From NCBI GenBank assembly GCA_965216495.1, contig OZ244163.1, forward strand, positions 1,194,109 to 1,258,108: a stretch of 64,000 bases of DNA. Direction: 5' to 3'. This document shows, piece by piece, positions 8,583-16,163 of this stretch; position 1 is the stretch's first letter; every line of letters starts with the position of its first letter. This DNA comes from Acidimicrobiia bacterium (GTDB lineage: Bacteria; Actinomycetota; Acidimicrobiia; Spongiisociales; ZC4RG35). Position numbers and translations under genes: made by a program. Below the pieces are notes generated by a model, which worked only from the letters and a program-made list of their open reading frames with translations, did not search any database and was not told where the DNA came from.

Positions 8583-8611
8583 TTTCGGTCCGGTGAGGAC
8601 CGTGGTTGCAC
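8577..8611. repeat. 35-nt imperfect palindrome/hairpin, copy 1 (gtgcaatttcggtccggtgaggaccgtggttgcac)
   Basis: Arms GTGCAA/TTGCAC and CGGTCC/GGACCG. Overlaps the proposed TTG start (8580-8582) of the nuclease gene. A near-identical copy lies 70 bp away. Confidence 0.8.
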
Positions 8612-8646
8612 AACAGATCCCATGGCCCGGCCCCGATCCATCTGCT

Positions 8647-8681
8647 GTGCAGTTTCGGTCCTGTGAGGACCGTGGTTGCAC
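8647..8681. repeat. 35-nt imperfect palindrome/hairpin, copy 2 (gtgcagtttcggtcctgtgaggaccgtggttgcac)
   Basis: 33 of 35 nt are identical to copy 1. The flanks are also similar (about 49 bp in total, 8571-8619 vs 8641-8689). It sits just after the stop of the upstream MFS gene. Confidence 0.8.
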
Positions 8682-8695
8682 AACCGATCGACTGC

Positions 8696-10033
8696 TCACG
8701 CGTTCTCGAACACCCACTCGTCACGTGAGGCCCGGGCCGCGTCGACGTCTACACGTGACAGCAAGATGAGCCCGATTGCGAAAAACCCCACGACGGACAG
8801 TATGGCGGGTCGCCCGGTCTCTGAGATGTTCGACACCAAAGCGAAGACCAGGGGACCCCAGATGGCGGAGAACTTGGAGAAGACCGAGTAGAACCCGTAG
8901 AACTCCGCCGACGCTTCTTCGGGAATCATCGTTCCGTAGAGGCTTCGGCTCAGGGCCTGCACGCCACCGAGCACAAAACCGACGACCACGGCGAGTCCAT
9001 AAAGGGGAGTGGCTTCACCTTCGGGCAGGAAGAATGCAGCGAAGGCCACGCCGACCCAGATGACCAGGGCTGCCATGATCGCGCCCTTGGTTCCCAGCCG
9101 ATCGGCGAGGGCGCCGAACATGAGCGCTCCGAAGAAGGCGATGAACTGAACGATCAGGAAGGTGATGATGATCTCGGTAGCGCCGAGGTTCAGCGTCTCT
9201 TCGGCGTAGGCCCCGGTCACCGCGATCACGGTCTGAACTGCATCGTTGTAGAACAGGTACGCAAGCACGAACAGCATCAAGTGTTTGAAGCCGACCAGCT
9301 TTTTCGCGGTGTCCACGGTTCGGGCGAATCCGATCCGAACGAGTTCACCCCACCCAAGTTTGGCTTCACCCATTTCGGTCTCGGTTTCATCAGGAAGACG
9401 ACTGAGGGCAAAGAACGTGAAGAGAATCCACCACACGCCGGCGCCGGCGATTCCGATGCGTGCCGCCGTGCTCTCGGAAAGCCCGGTGACACTGTCGTCT
9501 CCGCTGAGGAGGATCAAGACCAGAGCCAGCAGCACGTACAACCCGCCACCGATGTAGCCCATTGCGAACCCCTTCGACGAAACCCGGTCGATCGTCTCGT
9601 CGGTGGCGATCGTCGGAAGGAACCCGTCGTAGAAGACATTGGCCGCCACGAATCCAATCTGGGTCAGTAGAACAACTCCGAGGAAGAGCATCACCGATCC
9701 GTCGGGAACAAATGCCAGGAGGATTGTGGTGATGGCTCCGATCCAGGCGAAGAGTCGGAGGAACCGCTTCTTGGCCGAGGCGTAGTCAGCCACCGCCCCG
9801 AGTACCGGCATAGCCAGGAAGAGGATGAAGGCTCCCATCGAAATCACCAGGGACCAGAGTGTCTGACCCGATAGACCGTTGAAGCCCCCTTCGGGAACGA
9901 TCACTCCTGTGAAGAACGCGGCGACGATGGCTGCGAACGTTGTGATGTAGGCCGAGTTGGCCCAGTCGTACATTGCCCATCCGAAGACGGTTTTCGGGTC
10001 GTTCTTGGTGATCACTAGCGACAAGCTAGACAT
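8696..10033 (-). CDS. MFS transporter, UMF1/Atg22-like family (second paralogue)
   Basis: N-terminal TVFGWAMYDWANSAYITTF signature. Hydrophobic polytopic protein of 445 aa. Confidence 0.75.
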   Translation of the reverse strand: MSSLSLVITKNDPKTVFGWAMYDWANSAYITTFAAIVAAFFTGVIVPEGGFNGLSGQTLWSLVISMGAFILFLAMPVLGAVADYASAKKRFLRLFAWIGAITTILLAFVPDGSVMLFLGVVLLTQIGFVAANVFYDGFLPTIATDETIDRVSSKGFAMGYIGGGLYVLLALVLILLSGDDSVTGLSESTAARIGIAGAGVWWILFTFFALSRLPDETETEMGEAKLGWGELVRIGFARTVDTAKKLVGFKHLMLFVLAYLFYNDAVQTVIAVTGAYAEETLNLGATEIIITFLIVQFIAFFGALMFGALADRLGTKGAIMAALVIWVGVAFAAFFLPEGEATPLYGLAVVVGFVLGGVQALSRSLYGTMIPEEASAEFYGFYSVFSKFSAIWGPLVFALVSNISETGRPAILSVVGFFAIGLILLSRVDVDAARASRDEWVFENA

Positions 10034-10047
10034 ATTCTTCGGAGTCG

Positions 10048-11256
10048 ATGCGCAAAACGCTGGTTCTTGGTGTCGTCCTGGCCGTGGCTTGCACCACGAC
10101 TCCCGATGCTGCGCCCGACGCTTCGACTACCACCTCGTCTACTTCCATTACTACGACGACCTTCCCGCCGACGACCACGACCTCGTCTACTTCCATTACT
10201 ACGACGACCCTGCCGCCGACCACCACGACGCTGGCTGAGCTTTCGGGTCTTCGGTACGAAGAGATCGCTCGGTTCGACTTCCCGATTCACATGGTGCCGC
10301 GCAACGCGTCGCTGAGCCTGCTGGCCACCAAGGACGGCCAGATCTTCGAATACGACGGCGAGACATTCCGCGAGGTTCTGGACATAAACCAAAATGTCCT
10401 CAATCGGGGCGAGCGCGGGCTGCTCGCCATCGCGGTGCACCCCAGAAACGATTCGCGGCTCTTCGTCCATTACACAGCCAACGACGGAGACACCGTGTTG
10501 GAGGAATACCGAATACTTCCGGACGGCACTGTCGACCCGGAGCCGAGCTGGGAGTTGCTGAGAGTCGACCAGCCTGCGGGTAATCACAATGGCGGGATGA
10601 TCCAGTGGGGCAACAGCCAAGTTCTCTATCTGGGACTTGGTGATGGCGGGGGTGCCAACGATCGATTTGGCCACGGTCAGAACACGGGATCGCTCCTGGG
10701 AGGCATCGTCTCGCTGTCTGCCGGGATTGCTATAGACACTCTCGGTCCGCCACCGACAGAGCTTCACCAGTACGGACTGCGCAACCCTTGGCGATTCTGG
10801 ATCGACGGAGATCTCATCTACATCGCCGACGTTGGGCAGAACCGGCACGAAGAGGTTTCGGTTTCCTCGCTCGATTCTGACGTCAACTACGGATGGCCGG
10901 TAACGGAGGGGAGCCATTGCTTCCGCCCATCGTCGGGATGCTCGCTCGAAGGTCTCACACTCCCGGTCGTGGACGTCGCTCACGGCGACGCGGGAACCTG
11001 TTCGATCACGGGAGGTGTCGTCTACCGCGGCAACGCCATCCCGGAACTGAATGGGCACTACTTCTACTCGGACTTCTGCGGCGGCTACCTTCGGAGCTTC
11101 GTCTATCAGGACGGAGTGGCAATCGAACAGACCGATTGGACCGAACAGGTCGGCGTCCCCGGATCGGTAGTCAGCTTCGGAACAGACCACCTTGGCGAGA
11201 TGTACGTCCTGACGACCTCCCGCATCCTGAAGGTGACCCCGGTCCGATCGGGATAG
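10048..11256 (+). CDS. PQQ-dependent soluble sugar (glucose/sorbosone) dehydrogenase-type beta-propeller lipoprotein
   Basis: Signal plus lipobox MRKTLVLGVVLAVAC, then a Thr-rich duplicated linker. Family motifs GERGLLAIAVHP, NHNGGMIQWG, GLRNPWRFW and ADVGQN are present. Confidence 0.8.
   Translation: MRKTLVLGVVLAVACTTTPDAAPDASTTTSSTSITTTTFPPTTTTSSTSITTTTLPPTTTTLAELSGLRYEEIARFDFPIHMVPRNASLSLLATKDGQIFEYDGETFREVLDINQNVLNRGERGLLAIAVHPRNDSRLFVHYTANDGDTVLEEYRILPDGTVDPEPSWELLRVDQPAGNHNGGMIQWGNSQVLYLGLGDGGGANDRFGHGQNTGSLLGGIVSLSAGIAIDTLGPPPTELHQYGLRNPWRFWIDGDLIYIADVGQNRHEEVSVSSLDSDVNYGWPVTEGSHCFRPSSGCSLEGLTLPVVDVAHGDAGTCSITGGVVYRGNAIPELNGHYFYSDFCGGYLRSFVYQDGVAIEQTDWTEQVGVPGSVVSFGTDHLGEMYVLTTSRILKVTPVRSG
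10126..10221 (+). repeat. 2 x 48-bp in-frame tandem repeat encoding TTTSSTSITTTT(F/L)PPT linker
   Basis: cctcgtctacttccattactacgacgacc occurs at 10133-10161 and again at 10181-10209. Confidence 0.85.
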
Positions 11257-11265
11257 GCTCGCGGG

Positions 11266-11688
11266 ATGCCAACCATTTTCACCCGGATCATCGAGGGCGA
11301 GATACCAGGAACCTTCGTCTGGAAGGACGAGCGTTGTGTCGCGTTCATGTCGATCAATCCGCTACGGGAGGGCCACACGCTCGTGGTTCCAAGAGAAGAG
11401 ATCGACCATTGGATCGACTGTTCAGAAGACCTCCGTCAGCACTTGTTCGGCGTGTCTCAAGTCATCGGCGCCGCCCTCCACGATGTGTACCAACCCGAAA
11501 AGGTCGGTCTGATGATTGCCGGCCTGGAAGTACCCCACACCCATGTTCACCTGGTGCCGATTGACGGGGTCAGGGATCTCGACTTTGCCAACGCCGCGTT
11601 GTCGGTGGACAGGGACGATCTGGAGCAGGCCGCGGAGAAGATCCGGTCGGCGTTGAAGTCAGCCGGAGCTACCGGCGTCTCCTCCTAG
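11266..11688 (+). CDS. HIT (histidine triad) family nucleotide hydrolase/transferase
   Basis: MPTIFTRIIEGEIPG...INPLREGHTLVVP and the triad HTHVHLVP are present. Confidence 0.85.
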   Translation: MPTIFTRIIEGEIPGTFVWKDERCVAFMSINPLREGHTLVVPREEIDHWIDCSEDLRQHLFGVSQVIGAALHDVYQPEKVGLMIAGLEVPHTHVHLVPIDGVRDLDFANAALSVDRDDLEQAAEKIRSALKSAGATGVSS

Positions 11689-12125
11689 GCCTCGCCTCCG
11701 ACGACGAGCCAGGTTCCCACGATCACCATTGCGAACCCGACGAGCTTGGTGGTGTCAAGAGAGCGCGCCTCACTGAACACCCCATAGTGATCGAAGATCG
11801 CACCCAGCAGGAGAGTCGCGGCCGTGAACAGTGTGAGACCGGCTCCCAAGCCAAGGCGCGAGACTGTGATTCCCAACGACGCGACGACCACCAACCCCAT
11901 GAGACCGGCCGAGAAGGCCCACCAAGGAATGTCTTTCAGGTCGGCGAACCGCGTTTGCCCAAAGATCACCATGGCAACACCGATGGCCAATCCTCCAAGA
12001 CCGTAGGTGACGAAGGTGCTTGCCAGGGTTCCGACCTTTTCCTCCATGACGCCGAGTGCGCCGGATTGAACGGCACCAGCCAGCCCCCCGACGACACCGA
12101 CGAGGATCACGATGAAAACGCTCAT
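11685..12125 (-). CDS. DMT-superfamily small membrane protein (YdcZ/DUF606-like)
   Basis: 146 aa and strongly hydrophobic throughout (helices not counted), with Gly-rich N-terminus VGGLAGAVQSGALG. Convergent 4-nt overlap with the HIT gene. Confidence 0.55.
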   Translation of the reverse strand: MSVFIVILVGVVGGLAGAVQSGALGVMEEKVGTLASTFVTYGLGGLAIGVAMVIFGQTRFADLKDIPWWAFSAGLMGLVVVASLGITVSRLGLGAGLTLFTAATLLLGAIFDHYGVFSEARSLDTTKLVGFAMVIVGTWLVVGGEA

Positions 12126-12128
12126 GGG

Positions 12129-13244
12129 TCAATCTTGGTGCGTGGGCCGCTCGAATTGGTGGACCGCAGCATCAAGGTATGACATCGCTCGGTCGTATCC
12201 CAGAGGAACGACGTGGCGCGTGTAGTGGACGACGCGCCAGGCCCAAAGGCGAAACGCGGCCTCCTCCCATGCGGGGTCCCCCAGGATGAAACCGTCCATA
12301 AGCGAGGGAAAGATTTGGCGCCAAGTCGCGGCATCCATATCGGGCAGGTCTTCGTGATCCAGGCCCAGTGAACGCAACACCAGCGACTCGGCGGCGTCGG
12401 GTGGGGTGGCGATCTCCTCGAGAGTTGCCGACTCGTCGTAGGCGACTGTGTTCCTGAGGTCCGCGGGGGCGGGGACAAGGGGGTCCTTTTCCAAGCGGCC
12501 GCCGTTAGCTGGGCGAGACCTTGAGCGCAGTGAACCAACGGCGTCGAGGCATTCGAGCAGCATTTGGCGTATGTCGGTGAGCGATCCGTAGAGAGCGTGC
12601 CGCTTCCCATCCGGAGCGTTGTGCTCGAATAGGCCTAAGTCCATAGCGGCTGTGGCGTGGGTGATGAGCGTATCGATTCCCCAATCGGACCGCCTCCGAA
12701 CGAACTCATCCTCGGCAAGCGTTGCGACAGCTTCTCTCGAAAGGAGCAGCTCGCCGCCAAGAGGCTGGTGCAGTTCTGCGAGGATGGTGTGAGGAAAGAG
12801 GCGGGCCAGCCCCGGGCGAGTGATCATCCAGGTGATCATTGCGTCGGTGGCTGCTCGGGGAAATCGGTGGCGTACCACACCGAACCCTCGGTCTGCACCC
12901 GCTTCGGCTCCGTCGATCCAGGTCTCGTCGAAGTTCGTGATGTCGGCGTCGTAGAAGTGGGTTCGATCAAATCCTCGTTCGGCCGATCGGTGGAGAGCGG
13001 TGTTCATCCCGTCCCCCTTACCTGACCGATAGCCTCCCAGCCGTTGTTGCGGAAAGACCTCAATGGGTGTTGCGAACTGCGCCTGGATATCTTTGGCCAC
13101 TCCGAGCACGTCGTTCATCGTGGCGCTCTCGGACGACGCAACGGCCCACACTTCGGTGACGCGGGGATGACGCGCCGCCGTCGAGAGATTCGAGGCGATG
13201 ACGTTCAGATCTTCCTTCTTGAACGGGAAGACGACGAGGCTCAT
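12129..13244 (-). CDS. mgs: mannosylglycerate synthase-like GT-A glycosyltransferase (GT78-type)
   Basis: Blocks MSLVVFPFK, AARHPRV.EV, GKGDGMNTAL, HFYDADIT.F, VRH.FPRA.TDAMITWMITR, QPLGGELL and RRRSDWGIDTL match my recollection of the Rhodothermus marinus MGS sequence. This is from memory, not a search. Confidence 0.6.
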   Translation of the reverse strand: MSLVVFPFKKEDLNVIASNLSTAARHPRVTEVWAVASSESATMNDVLGVAKDIQAQFATPIEVFPQQRLGGYRSGKGDGMNTALHRSAERGFDRTHFYDADITNFDETWIDGAEAGADRGFGVVRHRFPRAATDAMITWMITRPGLARLFPHTILAELHQPLGGELLLSREAVATLAEDEFVRRRSDWGIDTLITHATAAMDLGLFEHNAPDGKRHALYGSLTDIRQMLLECLDAVGSLRSRSRPANGGRLEKDPLVPAPADLRNTVAYDESATLEEIATPPDAAESLVLRSLGLDHEDLPDMDAATWRQIFPSLMDGFILGDPAWEEAAFRLWAWRVVHYTRHVVPLGYDRAMSYLDAAVHQFERPTHQD

Positions 13245-13291
13245 CTCAGCAATCCCGAAAGTGTCATGGTCGTTGTCTACTCTCCGGCTCG

Positions 13292-14959
13292 ATGGGTGAA
13301 CATGTTGGGCGGGTTCTTGGTACCAAGGATTCGACGCCGCTGGAGTTTTGGGTTGGAGTTGCCGACGGGCAGTACCTCCAACTCGATGACGTGGTTGCGC
13401 TCGAGAGGGTGCTTCCTTCGGGGGAACTGATTCGTATGTATGGGACCGTGAATCAGGTGGTCGCCAAGCATGAGGGTGCTCGTTTCGACTCCGACGTGTT
13501 TCTCATTGAAGACGGGATCCTTCCCGCAGAGGTCGCTGAAGCGGCGCAAATCACGGCGACGCGATTTGAACCGGAGGTTTTCGTGCCGCCACGTCCTGGC
13601 CAGGAGGTCCGGGTGGCGGAAGGTGAGGAGCGCGATCGCGCTCTGTTCTTCGATCGGATGGATCGAAAGCTGCCCGTGGGGCTTGCACGAAACGGTGAGC
13701 CACTGTGGGTCAACTTCGAATTCATAAATGGCGAACGGGGAGCTCACGTAAACATCTCCGGCATCTCCGGGGTGGCGACCAAGACGAGCTATGCAACGTT
13801 CTTACTCCACTCGTTATTCACTTCGGGCGTGTTGGGAGCTGCGGCGGTCAATACCAAGGCTCTGATCTTCAATGTGAAAGGTGAGGATCTTCTCCATCTA
13901 GATCGGGTCAACTCCCAACTCGACGAAGACTCGAGACTCAGATACACCACGCTCGGTCTGCCAAGCGCGCCATTCGATTCGGTTGGGTTGTTTGCACCGC
14001 CGCGGCTCGACGATCCGCGGGCGACAGCTGACGTAGCCTCTCGCTCCGACGTGACCTCGTTCTTCTGGTCCATTCACGAGTTCTGCGTCGACGATTTACT
14101 GCCGTTCCTCTTCGCTGACGCTGAGGACGACCGTGCCCAATACACCACTGTTGTCTACAACGTCATGGCCCAGCTGCGACAGGCGACCTCGAACGATGCA
14201 GGCGCAGCGATCATCGAAGGCGAGACCATTCGCACATTCCGAGGGCTGGCCGACCTGATCACGAACCGGGTCCAGTCCGATGAAACCCGATACAACTGGG
14301 CCGGACCTGCGGTTGGAATGGGAACGATCAATGCCTTTGTCCGTCGGTTGCAGGCCTCGGTGCGTCACCTGGCCCGTCTGATTCGGGCTGACGTCTCGAA
14401 TCCGGGCAAACACCGGATTGCGTTGGACGCCCAGGTCACAGTTGTCGACCTCCACAACCTCAACGATCGAGCCAAGCGCTTCGTGGTGGGGGTGACACTG
14501 AAGCGTGCCTTCGAGGAGAAGGAGAGGGCTGGCCAATCTGAGGAGTTGCTGATGGTGGTTCTCGACGAGTTGAACAAGTACGCGCCACGTGAGGGCTCCA
14601 GCCCGATCAAGGAGGTGCTGTTGGATATCGCCGAGCGGGGCCGATCACTAGGTGTTGTGTTGATCGGTGCCCAGCAGACTGCTTCCGAAGTCGAGCGACG
14701 AATCATCGCTAACTCGTCAATCCGGGTCGTGGGGCGTCTCGACACGGCCGAGGCCTCCCGCGAGGAATATGGCTTCCTACCTGGACCCACGCGCCAAAGA
14801 GCGACGATCATCAAGCCCGGCACGATGATTCTGTCCCAGCCCGAGCTGCCCGTTCCGATAGTCGTGGAGTTCCCGTTCCCAGCCTGGGCCACGAGAGCAT
14901 CCGAGGCCGTGGTTCCTATTGACTCATCGATACCCGAGGATGTCTTCGAGGACCTTTGA
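13292..14959 (+). CDS. herA: HerA-like hexameric ATPase (HAS-barrel plus FtsK/HerA-type core) with a deviant Walker A
   Basis: N-terminal small-barrel-like region (VGRVLG...LEFWVGV...YGTVNQV). P-loop position reads GISGVATKTS. Walker B is LLMVVLDELNKYAP, followed by ERGRSLGVVLIGAQQTASEV. Confidence 0.65.
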   Translation: MGEHVGRVLGTKDSTPLEFWVGVADGQYLQLDDVVALERVLPSGELIRMYGTVNQVVAKHEGARFDSDVFLIEDGILPAEVAEAAQITATRFEPEVFVPPRPGQEVRVAEGEERDRALFFDRMDRKLPVGLARNGEPLWVNFEFINGERGAHVNISGISGVATKTSYATFLLHSLFTSGVLGAAAVNTKALIFNVKGEDLLHLDRVNSQLDEDSRLRYTTLGLPSAPFDSVGLFAPPRLDDPRATADVASRSDVTSFFWSIHEFCVDDLLPFLFADAEDDRAQYTTVVYNVMAQLRQATSNDAGAAIIEGETIRTFRGLADLITNRVQSDETRYNWAGPAVGMGTINAFVRRLQASVRHLARLIRADVSNPGKHRIALDAQVTVVDLHNLNDRAKRFVVGVTLKRAFEEKERAGQSEELLMVVLDELNKYAPREGSSPIKEVLLDIAERGRSLGVVLIGAQQTASEVERRIIANSSIRVVGRLDTAEASREEYGFLPGPTRQRATIIKPGTMILSQPELPVPIVVEFPFPAWATRASEAVVPIDSSIPEDVFEDL

Positions 14960-15029
14960 TGCCAAGACAGTAGGAGGCTGCGTCGCACCTTCCGCGAATC
15001 TGTCACAGGCCGAACCTACGATCTGACAC

Positions 15030-16163
15030 GTGAGGTTTCTCCACACGTCCGATTGGCACGTAGGTCGCAAGATCCGCGGTCGCGACCGTTTTGACGAACA
15101 CCGAGCGGTCCTCGCCGAGTTGACCGAAAAGGCAGATGAGCACGGCGTGGACGCCATCTTGGTTGCCGGGGACGTGTTCGACACTGCGGCGCCGACCCCT
15201 GCTGCCGAGGAGATCGTGTGGAACGCCCTCTTGACACTCTCCGACATCGCTCCGGTTCTGGTCGTTGGTGGCAACCATGACAACGCCGCTCGACTCGAGG
15301 CCGTGGGACCACTGTTGGGTCGGGCCGGGGTGACTGTGGTGGGCAAGGCACGAGCGGCCGAACAGGGCGGAGTCGTTGAACTTGGAGAAGCCAAGGTTGG
15401 ACTCCTGCCCTTCATCTCCCAGCGGGGCATTGTCAAGATCGCTGACCTGATGGGTGCCGACCCAGATCAGCATGCCGGTCAGTACGAAGATCGTCTCAAG
15501 GCAATCATCCATCATCTGACTGTTGCCATGGATACCGATTCGGTGAACATCGTGATGAGTCACTTGACGGTTCATGGTGCGAGCTCTGGTGGTGGTGAGC
15601 GTGGAGCCCATATCTTCGGTTACGCGGTCCCAGCAAGTGTCTTCCCGAGCCACTTGAGCTATGTGGCGCTCGGACATCTGCACAGGCAACAGAAGATGCC
15701 CCACGCCTCATCTGTTTGGTATTCCGGATCCCCGATGCAGTTGGACTTCGGTGAAGTTTCTGATCAAAAGGGAGCGCTTTTGGTTGAAGCCGTTCCCGGG
15801 CGGCCGGCTTCTGTGACAGAGCTTCCGCTGATTTCGCCGAAACGCCTGGTGGAGCTGCGCGGCACGCTTGCCCAGGTGGAGGCGGCTGCCCAAGAAGTGG
15901 AGGACGCCTATGTCAAGGTGATTCTCGACGAGAGGGGAAGGGTCGGACTCGCTGACCAGGTTCGCAAGATCGTGCCTAACGCCGTGGATGTTGTGCTGGC
16001 TACGAGCCACACCACTACAGATCGCAAGAGGAAGCGCCGCCAAGGCCTGCAACCGGTCGAAGCCTTTGAGGCCTATTTGACCGAGCGCGACCAGGCCCAC
16101 GACGGTGTGGTGGATCTGTTTCGCGAGTTGTTGGACGAAGCGCTTAGCCCGGTGGACTCATGA
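15030..16163 (+). CDS. sbcD: Mre11/SbcD-type DNA repair exonuclease
   Basis: Phosphoesterase motifs MRFLHTSDWHVG, LVAGDVFD, VVGGNHD and SHLTVHG are present. GTG at 15030 is the first possible in-frame start (TGA at 15024). Confidence 0.85.
   Translation: MRFLHTSDWHVGRKIRGRDRFDEHRAVLAELTEKADEHGVDAILVAGDVFDTAAPTPAAEEIVWNALLTLSDIAPVLVVGGNHDNAARLEAVGPLLGRAGVTVVGKARAAEQGGVVELGEAKVGLLPFISQRGIVKIADLMGADPDQHAGQYEDRLKAIIHHLTVAMDTDSVNIVMSHLTVHGASSGGGERGAHIFGYAVPASVFPSHLSYVALGHLHRQQKMPHASSVWYSGSPMQLDFGEVSDQKGALLVEAVPGRPASVTELPLISPKRLVELRGTLAQVEAAAQEVEDAYVKVILDERGRVGLADQVRKIVPNAVDVVLATSHTTTDRKRKRRQGLQPVEAFEAYLTERDQAHDGVVDLFRELLDEALSPVDS

Noticed and set aside
8437-8769. Small ORFs 8437-8724 (minus) and 8551-8769 (plus) spanning the hairpin repeats
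   Set aside because: They only translate the two repeat copies, and in different frames (the 70-bp spacing is not divisible by 3). They overlap the 3' end of the MFS gene and have no start context.
10015-11190. 391-aa ORF on the minus strand opposite the PQQ-type dehydrogenase gene
   Set aside because: It is the antisense shadow of a strongly motif-supported gene in GC-rich DNA. The product is Arg/Gly-rich low complexity (RRGGRRQGRRSNGSRRGRGRRREGRR, mirroring the Thr-linker repeat), and I recognised no family motifs.
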